Shown here: piece by piece, positions 1 to 13,708 of the stretch
How the letters are laid out: each line of letters begins with the position of its first letter
How positions within the stretch are numbered: position 1 is the stretch's first letter
Assembly (NCBI RefSeq): GCF_018350175.1
Contig: NC_058368.1
Location: 99,698,001 to 99,762,000 of the forward strand
Direction: 5' to 3'
Source of the DNA: Felis catus
Lineage: Eukaryota
DNA: 64,000 nt
The notes under the pieces: model-generated
What the model saw: the letters and a program-made list of their open reading frames with translations, nothing else
Database searches by the model: none
Told to the model about the DNA's origin: nothing
Position numbers and translations under genes: made by a program

Positions 1-1011
1 GTGTATTTTTCTTTTCTAGGGACACAATTCTCTTTTTTCCCTTGGATTTTTTAGGGATTCCTTTCTTTCAATGAGAAAGAATCACCAAATTGGCTTTCTT
101 CCCAGGATTTATATGTATATATTGATTAGTCATTATCATTTTTTTCTGTATAATTCAATGCAGCACACCAGGGGAACCATTTAATGATAGTTCACAAGAA
201 GAAGAAGGGAAGGCTGTTCTGCTCAGTTTGGGTGCACTCTGAATCATTTTGGGAGACCCTAAGAAATTCAGGGATCAGTGTAGGATTGGTTGCTCTTTCT
301 GAGTTGAGATTAGGGAAAGTGGGAACAATCTAGTGATGGAGCACTACTCTGTGGTAAGAATAGCTTAGCAATAAGGTATCCTCAGTAATACATGGGTGTA
401 GAAATATAGGACTGGGATCATCATTGATAACAAAGCAGTCATCAGTCAAAGAGGGGGGCTGTTTGGCATTCTTCACCAGCAACACAACTTGCCTTTGGGG
501 AGAACGATGTTTCATGTTAACTTTGCCGCTGCCTTTACTGTGTATGTTCTCTAGACTGAATCATTGCTGGGCTGCTTTTCTCATTGTTGGTCCGACTTGC
601 TCTTTCTCTGTTTCAGTTTGGTGAGCTCTTTACTCTCTCATGACTGAAATTCTCCATGGAGTGGACTGTTGCCAAACATCCTTACTTCACATTGTCCAAC
701 GATCACTGTAGAGGTCAGTTTCTTCATAAATCATGCTCCTTAAAGGTTATGTTTTTACAGAGGAACTTTTGTTTTTTAATCTCTGCTGCCTCTTATTGAT
801 ATTGATTTTGGTTGGTTTGGGAAAGAGAGACAGTTAAGAAATGCCATGCTCCTCCACACTTTACTCAAGCGGTGAAATTATTTTTATTTTACGTCACAAT
901 AAGCATGTGAAATGGAATCTTAGGATTTATTCAACATAAAATGAGTTTGATAGGGATGCAACTATGCAATGATAATATGATCAGTTAGCAACTACAGTAA
1001 AAAATAATATA

Positions 1012-1218
1012 TTTTTTAAGTTTATTTATTTATTTCGAGACAAAGTGAGAGTGTGAGTTCGGGAGGGCTAGAGAGCAAGGGAGACAGAGAATCCCAAGCA
1101 GGTTCCCCACTGTCACCAAAAAGTCTGATGCAGGGCTCGATCTCACAAACTATGAGATCATGACCTGAGTTGAAATCGAGAGTCAGACGCTTAATTGACT
1201 GAGCCACCCAGATGCCCC
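1012..1218 (-). mobile_element. Can-SINE (feliform SINEC)
   Basis: Reverse complement of tRNA-derived head, CT tract and AATAAA/A tail; TSD tacagtaaaaa on both sides. Confidence 0.93.
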
Positions 1219-1623
1219 TACAGTAAAAATTAAATTACAGAATGGAAATGGTTATTTTGTTGACATGTAGATGTAATTTCTGATTAACACAAGATTATGT
1301 CAAAATACAAACAACACCTTTTTGGAAAGTAATCACCTACCCAGTTATTTTTATACAATCTGTGTTTTCCCACAAGTTGGAAAATGAGTATTATTCTATA
1401 TATAGCCCTAGGGAGATCCCCCTTATTCAAAACTGGAGTTTTAAGTAAAAAATCATCAGTTTAGAGAAATGGCAAAGAGATGGATATAGATTATTTTAGG
1501 ATTTTGGTGGTACATAAAAATATGGAAATTGACTTTATGAAGCACATTTTAAGGGCACAGAAGTATAATATCTTAATAATAATCATGAAAAAAAAATTAG
1601 TTTTTTAAAAAGTCTTTAAAGCT

Positions 1624-1835
1624 GGGGCACCTGGGTGGCTCAGTTCGTTGTGTCTGACTTCAGCTCAGGTCATGATCTTGCGGTTCATGGGTTCAAGCCC
1701 CGCATCAGGCTCTGTGCTGACAGCTCAGAGCCTGGAGCCTGCTTCAGATTATTTGTCTCTCTCTCACTCTGCCCCTCACCCACTCACACTCTGTCTCTCT
1801 TTGTATCTCAAAAATAAATAAACATTTTAAAAAAA
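1624..1835 (+). mobile_element. Can-SINE
   Basis: ggggcacctgggtggctcag head, CT tract, A tail; TSD aaaaagtctttaaa. Confidence 0.95.
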
Positions 1836-2499
1836 GTCTTTAAAACTAAGTGAAAATCATGAGCGTTTGGAAATAATTGAACAATTTTAATGGATGTACA
1901 AAAAAAAAAAAAAACTCACACACCCCTGAAACTATAATAAACCTGGTCACTGCACAGCATTTCACTTCATTTGTATTTGCAAAATTCATTTTCTGGTACA
2001 CACATAAAAGAAACATTTTTCAAAATTGAATATGAACTTCTTTGAACTGACATCTCATTTCTGGGAAATGCTGTGGTTGTCACATATACTTGTCACAAAA
2101 GCAATTACTCTGAGTGCCTTTTCAAGTAACAAATATAAAAAGGTACACAGTCACAACATGGTCTGACTGTTCATTCATGCAAAATTAAAACAGCGATAGC
2201 AACAAGTAAAACAATCCTGTCAATTCAGTGAAGTTAAAACCAGTCTGGGGAAGACGCTTAGTAAAGAAAATGGGGAGGAAAAAAAATTCTTCTTAAAAAT
2301 AGAGGCCCATCTTTCAAAAAAACATTGGTGCTAAACATAGAAAAGAGAAGGCATGAGCAATAGGAGAGTGGGTGAGCAGGAAAGGTGTAGAAAGAAACTG
2401 TTTCTGTTTTAAACTACATATCACCCAGACTCATTCACCAAGTCTCATACACAGAGCACCAGAGACAGGGCTTCTCAGGACTGGATCAGTGGAATAAAC

Positions 2500-2520
2500 T
2501 TTTTTCTTTTAATGCTTCTT

Positions 2521-2567
<47 letters not shown>

Positions 2568-2723
2568 GAGGGGCAGAAAGAGAGGGAGTCACAGAATCTG
2601 AAGCAGGCTCCAGGCTCTGAGCTGTCAGTACAGAGCCGGATACGAGGCTCAGACTCACAAACCATGAAATCATGACCTGAGCCAAAGCCAGAGGCTTAAC
2701 CGACTGAGCCACCCAGGTGCCCC
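2500..2723 (-). mobile_element. Can-SINE with long (GA)n
   Basis: ...gactgagccacccaggtgcccc end; (AG)n tract 2524-2563. Confidence 0.93.
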
Positions 2724-3040
2724 ACTATTGTAGTTACTTTATAACCAATATTGAAAACAAATCAAAGTTAGATAATCCTACAGGGTATGGATGTCTATTG
2801 GGAGAAAATGACAAAGTTCTCGTCAAACCAAATATTTTTACCTTTGCTTGCCCTATTACAAAAAAATAATTAAACTGCCTACGTTTAATACAACAAATTC
2901 CTTTAACTTTATAGCAGTTCAGTTTTACACATTTTTAGTGACAGTTCTGCTTTTTTTCAAACTGCAAAACTGAGCACTAGGACATATGTATGACTAGAAA
3001 TTAAAGATATCATGACCTCTGGCAAAAAATGATACATCTT

Positions 3041-3250
3041 GGAGCACCTGGGTGGCTCAGTCGGTTAAACATCCAACCTCAGCTCAGGTCATGATCTCAG
3101 GGTTTGTGAGTTCAAGCCCCGCATCAGTCTCTGTGCTGACAGCTCGGAGCCTGGAGCCTGCTTCGGATTCTGCATCTCCCTCTCTCTCCCTCTCTGCCCC
3201 TCCCCCACTCGCACTTTCTCAAAAATAAACATTTTTTTAAAAACTTAAAA
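3041..3250 (+). mobile_element. Can-SINE
   Basis: Head, body, CT tract; degenerate TSD aaaaaat(g/a)atacatct. Confidence 0.93.
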
Positions 3251-3969
3251 AAATAATACATCTCTAAACCCTTATAATGTTTAATTTAAGGCTGGTTAAA
3301 CCTTTCCTTCCACGGAAGGATAAACCACTCAATTTTTCTCAACTACAAACAGTCTATCAAGAGAAAATGGTGAATCTCAAGAAAATCATAGTTGCTTCAA
3401 ACTATTTTTTTTTCCCAAATCTTTATTCTGGCTGATTATTGTGGGCTTTTCCTTTCAGCCTGTCAAGCAAGAACATCCAGAGAGGAGGATGGATTTGGAG
3501 AGCAGTTTCTTGAATCTGTTTGGAGCATCTACAGGACTAATAAGGCCGTTTACATTCATAGTCCGATGGTAGCCTGGAAACAGTCTACAGATGGATGATA
3601 CAGCCAAAGACGTTCCTTAAGCAAACTCCACCTTAAAATTGTTTTGTCCGTACTGACTTCTCTTCGGACATCAGTTTCATCTTTAATAATGTCAGACAAT
3701 CAATCTCTTTAGTTTAGCCATAAGGTTAGGTAAGACTGGGAAACTTCTCACTGCCTCTAGCAGGTGAAGCCTAAAGACAGGCTCAGAAATAGGCAACTTT
3801 ATGGTCTTCGTGAACTTGGACACACACTGGTTTGGAGGGCTTTCAGCAAACAACGTTAGTTTACTTCAAGAATTTTGGATATTAGCGTATTACCTCAGTA
3901 ATAAACCCTAACCATTAGTACAGTGACTTCTCTGAGCTCTGTGACTCGTCTGTAAATGTCATTTAAATC

Positions 3970-4570
3970 AAGTCCATTAACATTATTGTTACTCTTTTGT
4001 ATCCTTACAGCTTTTCTGATTACTTCTCCGTTATTGAAAGAAGATTGTTGATATCACCAACTGTAATCATGAATGTATTTCTCTTTTCAGTTTGTCTCTT
4101 TTTCACTCACATATTTAGAAGTTGAGCTTTTTTTATTGTTTTAATGTTTTTATTTATTTTTGAGAGAGAGACAGAGAGACAGAAAGTGAGCAGAGGAATG
4201 GCAGAGAGAAAAGGAGACACAGAACCCAAAGCAGGCTCCAGGCTCTGAGCTGACAGTAGAGAACCGAATGCGGGGCTCAAACTCTTGAATCACAAGATCA
4301 TAACCTGAGTTGAAGTGGGATGCTTGACACATTGAGCCACCCAGGTGCCCCTTAGAAGTTGAGCTTTTAACATATATATATATACATATATACATTTATG
4401 ATATATTTTTCTGGTGAACAAACTCTTGTCATTCATTACAAATGCCCTCTCTACTAATAATAGTATTCTTTGTCCTGAATTTTGTCATTATCAAGTGCTT
4501 CTAATACCTTTTGCATTTTTTTTTTACTTTTAACTCAGCTTGTATCTTTAAGTGTGTCTCTTATTACCAT
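3970..4570 (-). mobile_element. Old L1 ORF2 (endonuclease region) fragment, interrupted by a SINE
   Basis: Antisense L1-like sequence (gttattgaaagaagattgttgatatcaccaactgtaat...; tgtgtctcttattaccatc). Confidence 0.55.
4128..4351 (-). mobile_element. Can-SINE
   Basis: Antisense body; TSD ttagaagttgagctttt. Confidence 0.95.
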
Positions 4571-5347
4571 CCTGGTAGTCAAAGGGTTCTATTCCTTTAA
4601 AGATGACAGTCTGGAGATTATCAGGGAGAACTTGGGCTTTCTGTTCTGAGCTGGGATGTAATCACAGATCTTTGGGCAGAATGATCAACTTTTAGAAAAC
4701 TGAACCACCTGCCATATTTTTCAGTGATTTCAATAAATTGCCCTGGATATAACATATCTGATAAGTAGTTCTTAATGCAAAACATACTTTTTTTTTTAAC
4801 CCGCCCTGAGAAATAATACAAGATCTGGATTCCATTTAAAAACAGGACTAAAATCTCACTCTCACCCTTCATGACTCCTTCAACCATTCCCTGTCTCAAA
4901 CTCAAACATTCTTCTGTATCATTTCTCAGACAAGGAAAGGATGGCACAGAGAAATTAACTGATGGAACTGAAGTAACAAGCCAGACCCTGGTGTGATTAT
5001 TGGGTTTCTGGCTCTCTGTCCTGGGTGCTTTCCTCCAAGACCATTACCTTTCTTGCATGTCCTACCTGAAAAATGTTTACAGCCTATTACTAAAGTATCC
5101 CATTTCCACCCCCCAAAACCCTGTAACACATAGAAAAAACACAGGTATCTTTACTCTGATTTAGCAAGAAGAAGTTCAACTACGTCACTCCAGACTTCAT
5201 AACCACTCTTGGTGAAAGTGATCTCCAGGCTTGCTTCTAGTGCTGTATGCTTGAGGATGGAGAAGAAACTCCGCTTTCAATGTTCCTAATGGTTTAACAT
5301 TAGAAACTCATAGTTCCAAAGTCTTATATCAGATATATCAGATATAC

Positions 5348-5349
<2 letters not shown>

Positions 5350-5427
<78 letters not shown>
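5350..5427. repeat. Compound (GT)n(GA)n microsatellite
   Basis: Direct reading. Confidence 0.97.
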
Positions 5428-5429
<2 letters not shown>

Positions 5430-6841
5430 CTATACACTCTAAAAATAATCCTAATGGTTTGGTTTTATACAAATATTCTTAGTAACTGAATCTAATAAAC
5501 TGGTAAAGGAATGTGAATATACTCCTAAAGTGATATATAGGATATTTTTTTTTATCATCACTGTAGTACAGAAAGCACTCTGTGTGTTATTGTTGAAGAT
5601 ACAACAGTAGTAATAGGTAGTTTCTGCACTAAAAGAGCTTAATGTTCAACATTAATTTTGAAGTAAACGACTATGTAAATATAATTCAAAGAAGATAAGG
5701 TCTTCCGGGGATGAATGTTCTTTAAAAAAAAAAAGGTAAATAATACCAGAAGCATGAGGAAAGGCTCCATGAATAATCTTCATGGCATGCTTTTATCCAC
5801 ACAGTAATCTTAGAAGATACACAGAAGAGAGGTGACTATTATCCTCACTTAATAAATGCTCTCAGCATCCATTTGCTTATTCCATATTCATCCAGCTAAG
5901 AGGTAATAAAAAGAATAATTATTCTAATTCAAGTCATCAAAATTCAAATGTAGAAAAACTATGCATTCTACTTTTAGAGTTCTGCCTTCCATTTCTAACT
6001 GACCTAGACCAAATCACTTAAAAATTCTTTTACGCTCACTGCATTCTCTGGTTAAAAGCAGACATTTTCATATCGATGATCTTAAGTGAATTATCAAGTC
6101 CTCTAAAGTTGTAACATATAAAAAAAAAAAGTTGTGACATATGTCATATACCAAAATAATTTCAGAAGTTTCCATTGGTAAGTTACAGAGGAAGAAATAG
6201 GAGGTGGAATTTTCCACAAAGAACATATGAAACCCCATTTCCTTGGTAATCTATGACTCAGAAAAACATATCCAGATAAATCATTTTCCAAGACTGATAT
6301 TAGAGAAATAGTAGCCAGTGTGGGAAGAAATCCAAGAGTGGACAAATGGCCGTATGGTATTTTTCTTCTTCTTTTTCTTTTAATATAGTGCCTATCTGGA
6401 ACTCCTTATTCCCTTTATAATAAGAACCTGGTGCTTCTGCTTCATTCCTCGCCATGTGTGGGTGATTATGGGGGAGGATGGCTGTCTGTCAAAAAGCAGA
6501 TGATGCCCACAGAATGCCTGAAAAAATAAAACTGCTGATTGCCAAGAGATCGCTTGGGTTTATCTGCCACACACAGACTGTCTGGTCGATAGACAATGTA
6601 ATTTGAGTGAGACAGTTGTGTCGACATGTAGTACTGAAAACAACACTTTAATTCTTAATTAGCCGCAGTAACTGAATTTTCTTAATTTTTCAAAGTAGAC
6701 ACATGAACACTAATCACTGATTATAGAACAGTGCTTATACTCCACATAATTTCATTACTAGCAAATAAAGCACTTATTCACTTCGTCAGTATTTTTAAAT
6801 ATCATAAAACTTCATCTGTGCCTGATGATGATATTTAAAAA

Positions 6842-7049
6842 TTTCTTTTAATGTGTATTCATTTTTGAGAGAGAGAGCGCGCGAGAGGGAGAAGGGCAGA
6901 GAGAGAGAGGGAGACACAGAATCTGAAGCAGGTTCCAGGCTCTGAGCTGTCAGAACAGAGCCCGACTTGGGGCTGGAACCCACAGACCCACGGGATCATG
7001 ACCTGAGCTGAGGTCAGACGCTTAACCGACTGAGCCACCCAGATGCCAC
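6842..7049 (-). mobile_element. Can-SINE
   Basis: Antisense body and tail. Confidence 0.93.
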
Positions 7050-7594
7050 AATTAAATTCTAAGATGTTAATATATCCTTCCATTAGTCATTTATACATGC
7101 AGATGTTGTTTACATATATTTTTTAAAAGTCTATTCATAATAGCTAGCAATGTTGTGGTAAAACTATATCTATTCACAAAAATTCTAAAATAATCAATCA
7201 AATGTAAATTTTGTAATTTATAGGAATGGTACAGAAAGATGAATGAATGTGATAAATACATATTCTGACTAAACTCCGTGTAAAATTCACAGGACTACCA
7301 AAATTTTCTTTGTGATTCAAATAGCATATGAAATGAATAAATGCCTATAATTACCAGTGACCATGCTCCTTGCATTCCTGTTAATAATAGCTTTTAGAAA
7401 GATTAATAAATACAATGACTAGCTGAAAATAATTCAGTGTGCTCAATTGCTACAATTTACACTAAAATTTTTATTCTGCACTCTTTTTACAAGTTTTATA
7501 CTTTGATTAAAAAGAAAGAACTCAATATTCTAGGGAAATCCTCAGAGGCATACTGATTTTTTCACTTTTGGAAATATAGAGGATTAAAACAATT

Positions 7595-7833
7595 GGGGGT
7601 GCCTGGATGATTCAGTTGGTTCAGCAACCAACTCTTGATTTTGGCTCAGGTCATGATCTCCCAGTTCATGAGTTCTAGCCTGGCGTTGGACTTCGCACTG
7701 ACAGTGCGGAGCCTGCTTGTGATTTTCTCTCTCACTCTCTCTGCCCCTCCCCAGCTTGTGCTTTCTCTCTCTCTTCCTGTCTCTCTCAAAAGTAAATAAA
7801 TAAATCTTAAAAAAAATAAAATAAAATAATAAA
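7595..7833 (+). mobile_element. Can-SINE (older subfamily)
   Basis: Diverged head, cttgattttggctcaggtcatgatctc, CT tract, A tail. Confidence 0.9.
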
Positions 7834-8304
7834 CACATTGTAGCCAGTTATGCCGATATTTCCCTGGATAGTATGGATTTTTAAATATTTGATTTCCTTC
7901 ATCTGTTTGTTGAAATGGCTAAGAATGTTATGGAAGATTGCTGGAAGGATCTGTATTAACAATGTATTGATCACCTTGTGTTCAACGGCTGAAAAGATTC
8001 ACAGTACTAAAACCCTCTCTACACAGTGAAGAGCTCAGTTACGAGCAGAAGATATAAGGCAACCACAGCAAGAGAAACATGCATCAGTAAGCATCTGAGG
8101 CCACAGATATAGCCCCTCCTGTCCTCTCACATCTAGGTCCAAAGGACATACTTTTTCTCTTCTAGTAGAGAAGCACTACCTATGCCTATGTAAAACACCT
8201 TGATACCAAGAAGTGTAAAATCTGCCCCTGGTGGAGAGGAAGGTCTGTTGAGGTGAGCTAGTCATGTAGGCATATTCTAGGCACACTCAAGCTAGGTGGC
8301 CATC

Positions 8305-8966
8305 TGTGATGTGTTTCCCAACATCAACAAACAATTCTCTACTTCCCAACATTAGGTGTGACACTAAGTATCCATAATCAGCAAAGGCCCCACAGGTTAA
8401 GGGTGCAGTCCCACAAGACTGCCCTGAGATATGAGCTGTAAATGGGGAACTCAAGCTATCTGCACTTCAGCCTTCTTGACTACGAGTTTGGAGGTTCCCA
8501 TGACCCTCTCCATTCAGCTTCCAAAGTTTGCTAGAACAACTCACAGAACTTGGCGAAGTGCTGTGTTTATTATTTCAGGCTTAGTATAAAGGATACAAAT
8601 CAGAAACATCTAAATGGAAAGGATGTATGGTGCAAAGTAGAGGGACAAAGGTGATGCAGAGAGTCCAAGGTCTTTTCAGGCATGCCACCCTACCAGCATG
8701 TTGATGTGTTCAGCGACCTGGAAGCTCTCCAAATCTTATCATTCAAGAGCTTATACAACCCAATCTCCAGACCCCCCCCCTTCTCCCCCGAAATCAGGAG
8801 ACAGAAGAGTTACCAGTTCCAATGCTCTAATCATATGGCTATTTCCTTTGGTGACCAGCCTCCATCCAGAAGAGTCATCTCATTAGTATTAAAAGAACAA
8901 AACCAAAACCAAAAACACCTCTTATTACTCAGGAAATTCCAGTTTTGGCAAACATATAATACCACA
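8305..8966 (-). mobile_element. Solo ERV LTR, MER21-like
   Basis: TG...CA ends; ccccacaggttaagggtgcagtcccacaagactgccc, ctagaacaactcacagaact and gtgaccagcctccatcc match the antisense MER21 family as recalled. Confidence 0.7.
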
Positions 8967-9139
8967 CCATCCCTAACTATTGAAATCCGTCATACTCCAT
9001 GGAAACAAGGTACAAATCATAAAAATCCAATTATAATTACTAAACAGTTCTGTCTGATAGGCTGGTACATTCTACTCCTGAAACAATTTACAAAACCATG
9101 CTTATAAAACATTATTTATCTCTAGTTAATTTACTTTAT

Positions 9140-9340
9140 GGGGCGTCTGAGTGGCTCAGTTCAGTAAGCATCCGACTTTGGCTCTGGGCATGATCTTACA
9201 GTCTGTGGGTCCGAGCCCTACACTGGGCTCTGTGCTGACAGCTCAGAGCCTGGAGCCTGCTTTGGATTCTGTGTCTCCCTTTCTCTCTGCCCCTTGCTCA
9301 CTTTCTCTGCCTATCTCAAAAGTAAATAAACATTAAAAAA
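9140..9340 (+). mobile_element. Can-SINE
   Basis: Head/body/tail; TSD atttactt(t/c)at. Confidence 0.93.
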
Positions 9341-9650
9341 CATTTACTTCATAACATTGGCCAAACATCATCATCATGCTCTAGGTAACTTTGAAGATAA
9401 GAATATGTATGATAAATCCAGATGGGGGTGAATAACCTATACTATGTAGGATATATAAAGAGAAGGCTAGCAACAAATACATGTTCACTTATTCAAAATA
9501 TATAGATTTAACGTCCACAGGTAATGTTAAAAAGTATTCCTCTTTCTATTAGAAAGTAGAACCCTATACTCAATAGATCAAAACTAAACACACAATTCAC
9601 AATCAGTGTCTGTGACAAAGAACAATACAATTAGGATGTGTATTTTTGGG

Positions 9651-9884
9651 GGTGGTGCCTGGGTGGCTCAGTCGGTTAAGCATTCGCTCAGGTCACGATC
9701 TCATGGTCACGATATCTAGCCCTTGTGTTGGGCTCAGCATGGAGCTCAGACTGGGATTCGGATTGGGATTCTCTCTCTCTCCCTCTCTCTCTTTGCCGCT
9801 CCCCTGCTCATGCTCCTGCTCTCTTGCTCTCTCTCTTTTTCTCTCAAAGTACATAAAAGATCCAAAAACAAACAAACAAACAAA
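9651..9884 (+). mobile_element. Can-SINE (diverged)
   Basis: gcctgggtggctcagtcggttaag head, CT tract; TSD atgtgtattttt. Confidence 0.9.
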
Positions 9885-10534
9885 GAATGTGTATTTTTCA
9901 TGGCCTGTCCAGCTGGTAGTATGAATGGAACTAGGACAGCCTCTGAAGTGAGAAATAGCGAAAAGATTCTGTGCATAGTTTCCCATTTCACTGAATGAAC
10001 GTGCCCACACAAAGAACTCAGCGTATGTTCATTGTGTACAAATGAGTGGAAGCAAAAAGAATACTTATTTACTTATGCATGTCGGTATTACTTAGTTATA
10101 TTAACTGAACAACTACCAAGGGCAGACTACACCTCCTCCATTCTATTCTGTCCTGTTAATGTTAAATATGGCTTTCACATTTCAAACACTGCCTGTGAGG
10201 GGTACTCTGAGAAGCTAAATAAACACCTTCAAGTACTTCAATACTTCCCTAGGGAGAGGATGGGAACACTGGCTTGGTAAATTCAGACATAGAAGAGAAG
10301 AGAGAAGGTCAATAATGTAAAATTGCAAAGCCAAAAGCTGATGATGACAGGAAAGCTGGAGATAACAGAAAGGAAAAATGTGGGTGGCAAAGATGTAATT
10401 TATCCCTTTCATTTTATCTCCTAAGGGTGTATTGTATAGTTGAAAAATAGGACCCTATCCCAGTCTGAGAATTTTCAAATGCGATGGAATATTCCAAGCC
10501 AAGTGAAATGGTTGGTTTCCACCCTGTACTCCTG

Positions 10535-11046
10535 TGTAGGATACACTGTTGATTGCTTCCCCATGTACTCCTACGCCCTCTCTCCTTCCTTAAAGAATAT
10601 GAGTTTGTTCATGGATCCAGTCGCATCCTGACATTTCCGGGAAGTCTAGAACAATCTGTAGCCCCAAGAAGTGGGTCCTAAATGATATAAGCCAGTCTCA
10701 GTCATTACATTCCCGTTGACAATCGGTCTGGGTTTAGATGTGTGATGTAATTTTGGCCATTGCAAGCTGAGTGCTAAGACTGGTGCAGGATCCTGGGAAA
10801 GATGTTCTCACGGAAACATAGGCCGTCTCTTTCCTGCAGCAACTGCTGTATCTAGATATGACACCTGGAAGTGTGGCAGCCTGGAGTCTGGCCTGAAGGT
10901 GAAGCTAACATGGCAAAGACTATGGAGACAAAAGATGATTACTTCATTGTGCCACAGTCTCACACGACCTTAGACCAACTCTGATTGCCCTTCTTATGTG
11001 GGGGAATAAACTCCCTTACTCTTTACTGTCGCTTGCAGCCAATGCA
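10535..11046 (+). mobile_element. Old MaLR/ERVL LTR (MLT1J/K-like)
   Basis: ttttggccattg...cctgggaaagatgttctc, cctggaagtgtggcagcc, aataaac and 3' cttgcagccaa motifs. Confidence 0.55.
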
Positions 11047-11059
11047 GTGTTTTCCTCCC

Positions 11060-11827
11060 TATGTTATCAAATCCCACGTACACCTTTCAGTTCTTCCCTT
11101 GAGTAGAATTTATAGAAGCATTGACACACTTACCAATTTTTCCCTTCTTGAAATATAAGGGCTTTTTTAAAAAAACTAAAATCTCCTTTTTTTTTTTCTA
11201 TTATCACCAGACACTTCTGGATCTCCCTTTGCGTCAATCACCTAAATTTAGAATTTCTCAGGGCTTTGGCCTTGGAGCTCTTTTCTTTTTATCTATACTT
11301 TCCCCATAGTTGATTTTATTTTCCCTTGGCTTTTAATACCACCTCTAACCTGGTTATCGCCACATGCACATCTCTGCTACAGACCTGCGCTCTTAGTCCC
11401 AGGTACATATTTCTGACTGTGTCATTGAGATTGCCACTTTCATATTCCATGATCTCTCATGCTGAACAAGTCCAAAATCGAGGTTTAGATGATTCCAACT
11501 AAAGTCTCCTCTATGGGAACCAGAAACATGCTAAAATGATACAGTTACTGGTCAGTCAATTCAGAAACTTAGGAGTCAACCTGGACTCTTTTCTGACATC
11601 TAGCCTACCGGCAATATATTTTGAATCCATTTACCTCTATGTGTCTCTCTAACAGCATTATTGCCTCCTTGGTGGAGAGCAGGAATACCTTTCACCTTAC
11701 ACAACAGCCTCATAACTGATGTCCTCGTTTTTGGTTTCCTTTTATCCATCTCCTATGCAGCAGCTAGAGTATTCTTTTGCAAATGACATTAGATCCATTG
11801 TGTATATGTGTGTGTATGTACATGCAA

Positions 11828-11873
<46 letters not shown>

Positions 11874-12640
11874 CACATCTTCCTCATCCATAAAAAAGAA
11901 TGAAATCTTGCCATTTGCAACAATGTGGATGGATATATAGAGTAGTATGCTAAGTGAAGTAAGTCAGTCAGAGAAAGACAAATACCATATGATTTCACTC
12001 GTGTGTAATTTAAGGAACCAAACAAATGAGCAAAGAGAGAGAGAGAGAGAGGAGAGAAACCAAGAAAGACACTCTTAACCATAGAGAATCAACTGATAGT
12101 TGACCAGGGGGGAGGTGGGGGGAGAGTGGGTTAAACAGGTGTCGGGGATTAAGGAGTGCACCTGTGATCAGCACCTGGTGTTGCCTGGAAGTGTTGGGTC
12201 ACTAAACTGCACACCTGAAACTAATATTACACTGTACGTTAACTAACTAGAATTTCAATAAAAACTTGAAAAAAGATAAAAAAATGAAATCAGGTCATCT
12301 GCTAAAAGCTTCTCTTCCCAATGCCATTCTAATGTGCCTCCACCTAAATCCAAAGTGTTTTAAGGAACGGAGACCAGCACATGATCTAGACCAGAGGACC
12401 TCTCCAATATCACATCATCGGCCCCTGACACATTCCTCATGCTCCAGACACAATGGTCTCTTACAGTGCCTTCCAAGGGGCAGACCTCTCCCCTCCCCTT
12501 TCACTGGGTTAATTCCTGCACATCTTTTAGCTTTCACCCTGAATATTACTTCCAAGTAATGACTGCCAGAAACACCCCATCTAAATTGTATCCCCACCTT
12601 TTATTGTCTCTCATGAAACTATTTCATTTCACCTTTACAT
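11060..12640 (+). mobile_element. L2 fragment, interrupted by L1 at 11796-12285
   Basis: Pyrimidine-rich L2-like motifs (cagaaacttaggagtcaacctggactc, cagcagctagagtattcttttgcaaatg). Confidence 0.55.
11796..12285 (+). mobile_element. 5'-truncated, 5'-inverted carnivore L1 3' end
   Basis: Sense aaagaatgaaatcttgccatttgcaac...ctaatattacactgtacgttaactaac, aataaa, A tail; antisense L1 piece 11796-11890 containing (CA)n; degenerate TSD aaatga-at-ag-tc. Confidence 0.85.
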
Positions 12641-13496
12641 CACTTATGAATACATCGACACAAGCATATGTATCTGTGTATGGGCATATATACATGTGTA
12701 TATACATACATAACCATATATGTGTGTATAAAAAGAATGCATGTGTATACATAAATATGTATATGCACACATACATAAACACACACAAACAACACTGATG
12801 GATGTACAATCAGCATCTCCCTCTAGAGAATCACATTCAGGATGACAGGCCAAAGTCTGTTCCGTCCACCAAGCACCTAGCACCGACCTTGGAACTCAGC
12901 CACAGAGAAGGAGTCCAGTTTTCAAAAAGTTCTAGGCAAGGCAAGGAGGTCACAGGTAGAAAAAGAAGCAGATCCTTACAGCCACCACTAGGCATGCAGT
13001 ATCTAGCCTGCTGAAAGGGTATTAGTAAACAGAGTGGCCTGTGCTAAAGCTAAGGCAGAGACAAATAGCTTTTACATCATTTCCGTAGCGCCTTACTGAT
13101 ATGAATATTCCTTAGTCTTCAGTGACGATATGGTAGAATTCAGTTAGATTTCCCCAAATAAAATAAATAACATTTATGTCAGGTTTCTTAGTTTTTGTTT
13201 CTAATGTTTTATTGCTACCATAATAACATTAAGCACATTGTCGGTAAATATTGATTTGCTATAAATTAATGAAATGACAGATTCCCATAGATTATTTGAA
13301 TAATGCTACCAGAAAGAAAAGCTACAGTAAAAATGTCATGAGCTAAATGTGAAATCCAGTTCTGACAATTTCTAGTTATTTGTTTTCTTATTTATCACAA
13401 CTAGTTTGACTTTCCTTCTGGTGGGACTTTTTAGGGAATGTACGTGATAGTAAATGTTATAGGTCTTGGCACAGTATCGGGAGCAACAACACTGTA

Positions 13497-13708
13497 GGGG
13501 CGCCTGGGGGGCTCAGTCAGTGGAACAGCCGAGTTCAGCTCAGGTCATGATCTCAAGGTTCATGGGTTTGAGTCCCATGTCAGGCTCTGTGCTGACAGCT
13601 CAGAGCCTGGAGCCTGCTTTGGATTCTGTGTCTCCCTCTCTCTCTGCCCCGCCCCAACTTGCTTGCTCTCTCTCTCTCTCTCTCTCAAAATAAATAAACA
13701 TAAAAAAA
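13497..13708 (+). mobile_element. Can-SINE
   Basis: Full body; TSD ggagc(a/t)acaacactg. Confidence 0.95.

Noticed and set aside
3459..3730. Plus-strand acceptor (cctttcAG) and donor (tag|GTAAGA) pair
   Set aside because: Stops in all three frames and no linking evidence; at most a non-coding exon.
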